Shown piece after piece: positions 1-4,665 of a DNA stretch of 5,349 nucleotides. Below the pieces are notes generated by a model that saw nothing but the letters and a program-made list of their open reading frames with translations, did no database searches and had not been told where the DNA came from. The position numbers and the translations under genes are program-made. Source of the DNA: a virus. The stretch's first letter is position 1; every line of letters begins with the position of its first letter. The stretch lies in IMG/VR virus record IMGVR_UViG_3300045988_055465, positions 1 to 5,349 of that record. One strand, written 5' to 3'.

Positions 1-1117
1 AGACCAATACCAAGCGGCCTTAGCAGGAGCCAATCTTTTACCGGTAAACAAATACTTCGACTACTTCACAGGAGCTCTTCCTGAGCCTCAGAAGGGACCA
101 GAAGTGCTATTGCCTTTGGGCAATACGGCTCCGGTTATCACCATGACAACCGACATAACGGGAGTAACAGGCTCATCGCCAAGCCTAAGATTTGCATCAA
201 ACACCCCTATAAACAGCCAAGCAAACATAGTAATAACACCAACCGGAAGCGGAAAAGGAACACTGAATCATACCACAGCAAACGCAGATGCCCTCAACGG
301 CAACCTGATACCTGCAAACCTTTATGCAAATCTGGCGGAAGCAACCAGCGCAACCATCAACGAACTGCGGCTGGCATTCCAGCTGCAAAGACTGTATGAA
401 CGAGATGCTCGTGGCGGTACAAGATACATTGAGATTATAAAATCTCATTTCGGAGTAACATCTCCAGATGCCAGGCTTCAGAGGCCTGAATACCTGGGCG
501 GCGAACGTATCCCGATTAACATCGACCAGGTTATCCAGACATCTGGTACGATGGAAGGAACTACACCGCAGGGCAATACTGGTGCCTATTCCCTTACAGG
601 CAACCAGGGGAGCTATTTCAAGCACTCTTTCGTGGAACACGGGTACGTGCTGGGGCTGGCGTGTGTCCGAACCGAACACACATACCAGCAGGGACTGGAA
701 AAAATCTGGAACCGGAAAAATCGATTTGATTTCTATTGGCCGGCTCTGGCAAATATCGGAGAACAAGCCATCCTAAACAAAGAAATCTACCTGCAACCCA
801 TCAAAGAAGTCAACGAACAGGCCTTCGGCTATCAGGAAGCCTGGGCGGAATACCGGTATAAACCGAGCCGGGTAAGCTCGGCGTTCAGAAGCAACATCAC
901 TAGCGGCTCCCTAGACGCGTGGCACTACGCGGACTACTATGAGAAACTGCCGAAACTTTCGGCAGAATGGGTGCAGGAAACCTACAAGAACGTGGACAGG
1001 ACACTAGCTGTACAGTCTACCCTGGAAGACCAGTACATTGCGGACTTCTGGTTCAAGTGCAAATGTACTCGGCCGATGCCTATCTACAGTATCCCTGGAC
1101 TGATTGACCATCACTAA
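1..1117 (+). CDS. Major capsid protein VP1, C-terminal portion. The frame is open from base 2, and bases 1-99 repeat 5251-5349, so this is the continuation of the CDS starting at 4649 across the circular junction. The full protein is about 572 aa.
   Basis: The frame is open from the window edge with no stop before 1117 (TAA at 1115-1117). The translation upstream of 104 (DQYQAALAGANLLPVNKYFDYFTGALPEPQKGP) is identical to the tail of the ORF at the 3' end of the window. The size and N-terminal sequence (NRNSNSRF..FDRS..HKTTFNAG.L.P.YVDEVLPGDTF..K....IR..TP..PVMDN..LD.YFFYVPNRLVW) are typical of Microviridae F/VP1 jelly-roll capsid proteins. The ORF-track start at 104 is only a GTG within the open frame. 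Confidence 0.9.
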   Translation, partial: DQYQAALAGANLLPVNKYFDYFTGALPEPQKGPEVLLPLGNTAPVITMTTDITGVTGSSPSLRFASNTPINSQANIVITPTGSGKGTLNHTTANADALNGNLIPANLYANLAEATSATINELRLAFQLQRLYERDARGGTRYIEIIKSHFGVTSPDARLQRPEYLGGERIPINIDQVIQTSGTMEGTTPQGNTGAYSLTGNQGSYFKHSFVEHGYVLGLACVRTEHTYQQGLEKIWNRKNRFDFYWPALANIGEQAILNKEIYLQPIKEVNEQAFGYQEAWAEYRYKPSRVSSAFRSNITSGSLDAWHYADYYEKLPKLSAEWVQETYKNVDRTLAVQSTLEDQYIADFWFKCKCTRPMPIYSIPGLIDHH

Positions 1118-1131
1118 GGGGGAAACCAAGA

Positions 1132-1959
1132 ATGGGACTCCTAGACTTTTTCAAAGGGGCATTTGCTACAGGCGCAAATTATCCCTCAAAGGATAACTGG
1201 AATGTCCAATATGAGCAACAGATTGCTGACCGGGATTGGCAACGCAACCAGCAAGCAGCACAGCAGGCATTCCTAAATGAGATGACCAGCGCACAAATGG
1301 CCATGAATTGGGATGCCCAGCAAGCTGCACTCAATCGCCAATTCCAACAAAGCAGCGCACAACAGGCCATGCAGTTCAGCGCCAGCGAAGCGGCCCTGAA
1401 TCGCCAATGGCAGGAAGCCATGAATCAGAAGGCGATGAACTGGGATGCTCAGCAAGCTGAGATAAACCGTAACTGGCAGGCAGCTGAGGCGCAAGCAAAC
1501 AGAGAATTCCAAACTGCATCTGCACAACAAGCCATGCAGTGGGAAGCCCAGCAAGCTGAGCTCCAAAGGAAGTACCAAACTGAGATGTCCAATACAAGCT
1601 ATCAGAGGGCCGTAAATGACCTTAAAGCCGCTGGCCTTAATCCTATACTGGCAGCACTCAATCAAGGGGCTTCTACGCCCTCTGGGGCCATGGGAGGGGG
1701 CTTTGCGGCGTCGGGGTCTATGGGCGGAGGCGCTCAAGGGTCTGGATTTACTTCTTCTGGGTCAACCGGACAAGGTTTTTCGGCATCTGGTTCCCAGGGC
1801 CGCGGATACTCTGCAACAGGTAAACAAGCATCAAGTGCCAAAGGCATCGTCAAAGACGGACTTGGTCTCCTGGGAGACATCATCAAGCTGTCGATTCACG
1901 AGCAACACCAGTCGAAGACCGAGTTTGGGAAACTTCTCGCCGGCTTTATTGGCCGATGA
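1132..1959 (+). CDS. VP2-like DNA pilot / minor capsid protein, 275 aa. It has an N-terminal Gln/Ala-rich repeat (coiled-coil-like) region and a C-terminal Gly/Ser-rich low-complexity tail.
   Basis: A 275-aa ORF follows VP1 directly. An AAGGGGGA Shine-Dalgarno at about 1116-1124 sits 7-8 nt upstream of ATG 1132. Its position after VP1, the Q-rich heptad-like repeats (NWDAQQA, SAQQAMQ, ALNRQWQ) and the glycine-rich tail match the H/VP2 pilot proteins of microviruses. Confidence 0.75.
   Translation: MGLLDFFKGAFATGANYPSKDNWNVQYEQQIADRDWQRNQQAAQQAFLNEMTSAQMAMNWDAQQAALNRQFQQSSAQQAMQFSASEAALNRQWQEAMNQKAMNWDAQQAEINRNWQAAEAQANREFQTASAQQAMQWEAQQAELQRKYQTEMSNTSYQRAVNDLKAAGLNPILAALNQGASTPSGAMGGGFAASGSMGGGAQGSGFTSSGSTGQGFSASGSQGRGYSATGKQASSAKGIVKDGLGLLGDIIKLSIHEQHQSKTEFGKLLAGFIGR
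1303..1566 (+). repeat. Imperfect intragenic tandem duplication inside VP2 (units of about 132 nt; repeated motifs MNWDAQQA and SAQQAMQF/W).
   Basis: Bases 1303-1332 and 1435-1464 match at 24 of 30 positions. Bases 1357-1377 and 1522-1542 match at 18 of 21. At the protein level NWDAQQA(A/E)(L/I)NR(Q/N)(F/W)Q and SAQQAMQ(F/W) recur. Confidence 0.7.
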
Positions 1960-1974
1960 GACTGTAATTTCTGT

Positions 1975-2014
1975 CACTCAGCTCCATTACAACAAGCTAT
2001 AATGGAGCTGAGTG
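1975..2014. promoter_or_regulatory. Perfect 15-bp inverted repeat (stem 1975-1989 CACTCAGCTCCATTA / 2000-2014 TAATGGAGCTGAGTG, 10-nt loop CAACAAGCTA) between the VP2 stop and the VP4 start. It could be a regulatory or terminator hairpin, or an origin hairpin.
   Basis: The reverse complement of 2000-2014 equals 1975-1989 exactly. The 3' arm contains the first in-frame ATG of the Rep ORF (2002). The element lies 16 nt after the VP2 stop and ends 5 nt before the Rep Shine-Dalgarno. No U-tract follows it, so it is not a canonical intrinsic terminator. Confidence 0.7.
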
Positions 2015-2031
2015 CAAATGGAGGACCAAAA

Positions 2032-3048
2032 ATGCCATGCTATTCACCGATGATAGGATGGCGAAAGAAGGACGGTTCTGTGTATATATACGGGGACCTC
2101 CGGAACGAAAACTGGAAGACGGCGCCGGAATCACTTTTAAGTAAGGGGGTGAACCCCTACACGGATGAAAGAATCATCATACCGTGTGGCAAGTGCACCG
2201 GCTGCCGTCTCGAGTATTCGAAACAGTGGGCCGACAGATGTTACCTAGAAGCCAAAACATGGAAAGCAAACTACTGGCTTACTCTCACATACGACGAGGA
2301 ACACATCCAGCACCTCCTGGTCCCTGCAGTGGATAAAAAGACAGGCGAAGTCATCAAAGTGGCAAGCCTGTACAAAAAAGACCTGCAGGACTTTATGAAA
2401 CGTATCCGGGAACGATGGAAAAGAGTACACAATAATCCCAATGTGAGATTCTACGCGTGCGGAGAGTACGGGGAACAGAATCACCGACCTCACTTTCATG
2501 TCATCTTATTCAACTTTGTGATACCAGACCTAGAACTCATCGCAAACAAGAATGGATTTGCAGTATTCCAATCCGAGGAGGTCAGCAAAGTATGGGGTAT
2601 GGGAAACGTAACCATAAACCGAAATTCGTGGCTAACAGCTGCCTATACCGCGCGCTACATGATGAAAAAGCGCAAAGGAAAATGGGCAAAACAGGAGTAC
2701 GCAGAAGCCGGAATAAATCCGGAATTCTGCCTCTGCTCAAGAAAGCCTGGAATCGGATACGGATACTATGAAGCACACAAGGATGAAATATACAGCAAGG
2801 ACGGTATCGCATATGCAAAAGCGAAAGGGGGCGCACAGACCAGAAAACCACCAAAGTATTTCGACAAACTGTTTAAACTGGAAAATCCGGACAAATTTGC
2901 GGAGATACAGGCACTACGCAAAGAAGTGGCGGAACACCAATTTAAATACAGACTTGTTGGAAAAACAACATTACCGCGAATAGAATATTACAAAATTGAA
3001 GAAGAAGTTAAACAAAACACCATTAAAGCGCTAAGGCGGATATTGTGA
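2032..3048 (+). CDS. Replication initiation protein VP4 (rolling-circle Rep, phiX174 gene A family), 338 aa from ATG 2032. An alternative in-frame ATG at 2002 would give 348 aa.
   Basis: GGAGGA at 2020-2025 lies 6 nt upstream of ATG 2032, and the N-terminus MPCYSP resembles the usual Microviridae Rep N-terminus (as recalled). Rolling-circle motif 1 is WLTLTYD (nt 2275-2295). Motif 2 is HFHVILF (about 2491-2511). Motif 3 with paired catalytic tyrosines is YTARYMMKK (Y at 2644-2646 and 2656-2658), comparable to phiX A protein YVAKYVNK. Confidence 0.9.
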   Translation: MPCYSPMIGWRKKDGSVYIYGDLRNENWKTAPESLLSKGVNPYTDERIIIPCGKCTGCRLEYSKQWADRCYLEAKTWKANYWLTLTYDEEHIQHLLVPAVDKKTGEVIKVASLYKKDLQDFMKRIRERWKRVHNNPNVRFYACGEYGEQNHRPHFHVILFNFVIPDLELIANKNGFAVFQSEEVSKVWGMGNVTINRNSWLTAAYTARYMMKKRKGKWAKQEYAEAGINPEFCLCSRKPGIGYGYYEAHKDEIYSKDGIAYAKAKGGAQTRKPPKYFDKLFKLENPDKFAEIQALRKEVAEHQFKYRLVGKTTLPRIEYYKIEEEVKQNTIKALRRIL

Positions 3049-3056
3049 AGTGTGGG

Positions 3057-3085
3057 GAAGCCCCCGGAGAAATCCGGGGGCTTTG
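3057..3085 (+). terminator. GC-rich hairpin (stem 3057-3067 / 3072-3082, GAAA tetraloop) followed by TTTG. It looks like an intrinsic terminator or mRNA-stabilising hairpin just after the Rep stop.
   Basis: AAGCCCCCGGA gaaa TCCGGGGGCTT is an 11-bp perfect stem with 7 G:C pairs. It lies 9 nt after the VP4 stop TGA (3046-3048) and is followed by a short T-run (CTTTGTG). Confidence 0.55.
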
Positions 3086-3136
3086 TGCTGGCCGCGCCGG
3101 CACCCTAAAGGGGCCCCCGACGCTTTTATGGCCAGC
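3085..3136. other. Second GC-rich structured element: outer 8-bp stem TGCTGGCC (3085-3092) / GGCCAGCA (3129-3136) enclosing the palindromes GCCGGC (3095-3100) and GGGGCCCC (3109-3116), then TTTTAT.
   Basis: These are direct reverse-complement matches in the sequence. The local GC content is far above the genome average. Together with the hairpin at 3057-3082 it forms a roughly 90-nt structured block at the start of the only large intergenic region. Confidence 0.5.
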
Positions 3137-3145
3137 AGGCCAATA

Positions 3146-3267
3146 AGGAAAGGGGCAAACCTTTACGAAAAATCGAAAAATAGTTGAAAAAACATAAAAA
3201 AATAATTAATGCAAAAAATTAAAAAAATGATATAATTAAGATAAAGAAAAGAAAGGAGATAAAAACA
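3146..3267 (+). promoter_or_regulatory. A-rich intergenic tract (about 120 nt, strongly AT-rich) with a promoter-like extended -10 TGATATAAT (3228-3236), an upstream TTGAAA (3184-3189), phased A-tracts, and the Shine-Dalgarno AAGGAG (3253-3258) for the ORF at 3268.
   Basis: TGnTATAAT matches the sigma70 extended -10 consensus exactly. The TTGAAA hexamer is 41 nt upstream, too far to be its -35 partner. A5-7 tracts start at 3167, 3175, 3187, 3196, 3213 and 3221, spaced roughly 8-12 nt apart and suggestive of curved or UP-element-like DNA. This is the longest non-coding stretch in the genome and lies immediately upstream of the first small ORF. Confidence 0.5.
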
Positions 3268-3576
3268 ATGAAAAGCACGTACGTACTAATCGGCAGCATG
3301 ACTGCACACGAGGGAATCGGAAGGCTGGTCGAAAAATTCATGGCCAGACAGCCAGAAGTGGCTTTCAACCAAGAAGAAATGGAGGAGATAACAAGATGGT
3401 ACGGCGATGACGTACTAAAATGGGTAAGAACCTACAATAATGGAGAGACTGGCTGGTACGAAACAGTCTACGCATGGAAAACCAAAAACGGAGAAGTCAG
3501 ACACAACAAAAATCCAAAATACGCATTCAAAAAAATCATGGAGGAAAAATATGGAAATTTGGGATATGATGATTAA
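3268..3576 (+). CDS. Hypothetical protein, 102 aa. It is an accessory, non-core Microviridae gene. It is charged, Trp/Tyr-rich, has no transmembrane segment, and I recognise no motif in it.
   Basis: It has the best Shine-Dalgarno in the window (AAGGAG, 9-nt spacer, ATG 3268) directly downstream of the promoter-like region. The frame is clean, and the stop overlaps the next ORF start. Confidence 0.55.
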   Translation: MKSTYVLIGSMTAHEGIGRLVEKFMARQPEVAFNQEEMEEITRWYGDDVLKWVRTYNNGETGWYETVYAWKTKNGEVRHNKNPKYAFKKIMEEKYGNLGYDD

Positions 3577-3709
3577 CATCACCAGAGCAAAAGCTGATAA
3601 AGCATTCCGCGAACTGGACTATGAAGCATTTACAACACTCTGCAACCTAATGGAAGACTTTGAAAAAATCAAAATGGCATATGGGAAAGGAGACAAAACC
3701 AATGTTTAA
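3551..3709 (+). CDS. Hypothetical small acidic protein, 52 aa (MEIWDMMINITRAKADKAFRELDYEAFTTLCNLMEDFEKIKMAYGKGDKTNV).
   Basis: ATG 3551 is preceded by GGAGGA (3541-3546). It overlaps the end of the previous ORF by 26 nt in another frame, and its stop (3707-3709) overlaps the next ATG (3702). The longer ORF-track version from 3440 has no Shine-Dalgarno and sits inside the preceding gene, so the 3551 start is preferred. Confidence 0.4.
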   Translation: MEIWDMMINITRAKADKAFRELDYEAFTTLCNLMEDFEKIKMAYGKGDKTNV

Positions 3710-3875
3710 TCTGACCAATAAACAAGCGAAAGTCCTGGACGAACTTATCATGATGGAGAAGGCCACAGAAACCAAAAATGCGTGGATTTCCTTCCGTCTA
3801 CTTGCAAACGTCAGCGCGAAGGAATATGATAATATCAAGCAGGAAGGAGGTGATGACAATGGCATACAGACGTAA
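3702..3875 (+). CDS. Hypothetical small protein, 57 aa (MFNLTNKQAKVLDELIMMEKATETKNAWISFRLLANVSAKEYDNIKQEGGDDNGIQT). It has a weak LuxR/sigma region-4-like LTxxQxxVL pattern and an acidic tail.
   Basis: ATG 3702 is preceded by AAGGAG (3687-3692, 9-nt spacer). The ORF-track start at 3660 lacks a Shine-Dalgarno. The stop TAA (3873-3875) overlaps the VP8 start region, giving a chain of translational coupling. Confidence 0.4.
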   Translation: MFNLTNKQAKVLDELIMMEKATETKNAWISFRLLANVSAKEYDNIKQEGGDDNGIQT

Positions 3876-3975
3876 GGCAAGGCGAGGGGACCACAGAATG
3901 TTCATGCGCACCGCAGGGACCACGAAGCAAATCAACATCACGCCTAAAATCATGCGAGGAGGCATCAGACTTTGA
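3859..3975 (+). CDS. Small Arg-rich DNA-binding/packaging protein, 38 aa: MAYRRKARRGDHRMFMRTAGTTKQINITPKIMRGGIRL. It resembles gokushovirus ORF8/VP8 and is a functional analogue of phiX174 protein J.
   Basis: AAGGAGG (3844-3850) lies 8 nt upstream of ATG 3859. The peptide is 38 aa with 9 Arg and 3 Lys, an N-terminal RRKARRG cluster and a C-terminal RGGIRL. This composition and size match the small basic DNA-condensing proteins of Microviridae (as recalled). Confidence 0.65.
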   Translation: MAYRRKARRGDHRMFMRTAGTTKQINITPKIMRGGIRL

Positions 3976-4259
3976 AAGGCTATCTGTACAGCATCTACGA
4001 CACCAAACTGAAGCAGGTACTGATGATGTCAATTCATCAGCACGACAAGGACGCAAGAGAAAACTTCCAGAAGGCAACGAAAGAATTCGACGCCAGAGCG
4101 CTGGTCCTCTGCCGGATGGCGGACATCGACACCGAGGAAAACGAACTCACAATATCAAAACAGGAGGTAATAGCACGTGGGAAAAACAACCTCAAACGCG
4201 CCAAGATTCTACAGCCGGCTGAATCTGCCGGAACGGAAACCGTCTCCAGCGGGAAGTGA
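3972..4259 (+). CDS. Hypothetical protein, 95 aa, probably TTG-initiated at 3972 (first ATG at 4023). It may be the VP5/non-structural counterpart. Its last 83 nt overlap the putative VP3 start in a different frame.
   Basis: GAGGAGG (3956-3962) lies 9 nt upstream of TTG 3972, which overlaps the VP8 stop (TGA 3973-3975) as expected for coupling. ATG 4023 has no obvious Shine-Dalgarno. The function cannot be assigned from the sequence. Confidence 0.4.
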   Translation: MKGYLYSIYDTKLKQVLMMSIHQHDKDARENFQKATKEFDARALVLCRMADIDTEENELTISKQEVIARGKNNLKRAKILQPAESAGTETVSSGK

Positions 4260-4665
4260 ATGGGCTGAAAAATGCGTCATTGACGTGGACGCCGAAACCG
4301 GGGCGAAAGTTTTAAAAGTGGTCGGACGAGAAAACATCTACGAGAAAATCCAGGAGTGCCTCGAACCGACAAAAATCGAGAATATCATCCGTCGATTTGA
4401 AGAAGGGGACCCGACGGCACTGGGACACGAAGACGGCATCTATGCCGACATCAGCGATATGCCGACAAACATCATCGAGGCGCAGAAGCGCATCCAGGAT
4501 GTAAAGGCAAAATTCGCGTCGCTGCCTATCGACATCAAAGAAAAATTCGGAAACGACCCGACGGTCTTCATGGCCGAAATCCTTTCAGGGGAAGGATTGC
4601 AGAAACTGAAAAAGGAACCTGAAACCGCGATACAGGAGGAAATCAAGGATGAACAGAAACAGTAA
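4177..4665 (+). CDS. Putative internal scaffolding protein VP3, 162 aa, GTG start. It is acidic and has a C-terminal F-G-N-D-P-T-V-F motif region.
   Basis: AGGAGG (4161-4166) lies 10 nt upstream of GTG 4177. The frame runs 162 codons to TAA 4663-4665, overlapping the VP1 ATG (4649) by 17 nt. A size of about 150-190 aa, acidity, a position immediately upstream of the capsid gene and an (F)xNDPxxF-type C-terminal segment are what I recall for gokushovirus VP3. The assignment is tentative. Confidence 0.5.
   Translation: MGKTTSNAPRFYSRLNLPERKPSPAGSEWAEKCVIDVDAETGAKVLKVVGRENIYEKIQECLEPTKIENIIRRFEEGDPTALGHEDGIYADISDMPTNIIEAQKRIQDVKAKFASLPIDIKEKFGNDPTVFMAEILSGEGLQKLKKEPETAIQEEIKDEQKQ

Noticed and set aside
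197-766. 189-aa minus-strand ORF, together with the other minus-strand ORFs at 1179..1421, 1273..1737, 1376..1597, 2245..2499, 2582..2854, 3647..3880, 3835..4077, 4440..4688 and 4585..4767
   Set aside because: All lie antisense inside well-supported + strand genes. They have no Shine-Dalgarno sequences, their translations are Cys/Arg/Leu-rich junk typical of antisense frames, and Microviridae are transcribed from one strand only.
1616-2002. 128-aa + strand ORF overlapping the Gly/Ser tail of VP2 in another frame and running through the hairpin, plus the similar alternate-frame ORFs at 468..776, 2457..2771, 2768..2983, 3778..3858 and 4951..5151
   Set aside because: These are alternate-frame readings of genuine genes. 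They have no Shine-Dalgarno sequences and low-complexity or Arg/Lys-rich composition produced by the A-rich coding strand. Overprinting is known in Microviridae, so they are not impossible, but nothing supports them here.
2002-2031. Upstream ATG 2002 as the Rep start (ORF-track version MELSANGGPK...)
   Set aside because: ATG 2002 has no Shine-Dalgarno and lies inside the 3' arm of the 15-bp hairpin. GGAGGA (2020-2025) is perfectly placed for ATG 2032, and MPCYSP is a typical microvirus Rep N-terminus (as recalled). The extension is kept only as an alternative.
3184-3236. TTGAAA (3184-3189) and TATAAT (3231-3236) as a classical -35/-10 promoter pair
   Set aside because: The spacing is 41 nt, far from 17 +/- 1. 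The -10 is better explained as an extended -10 (TGATATAAT) that does not require a -35. TTGAAA may belong to a separate weak promoter or be coincidental in A-rich DNA.
3440-3550. Longer 89-aa version of the second small ORF starting at ATG 3440
   Set aside because: It has no Shine-Dalgarno, is embedded in the preceding gene in another frame, and its Lys/Thr/Ser-rich N-terminus looks like an alternate-frame artefact. The Shine-Dalgarno-backed ATG 3551 is preferred.
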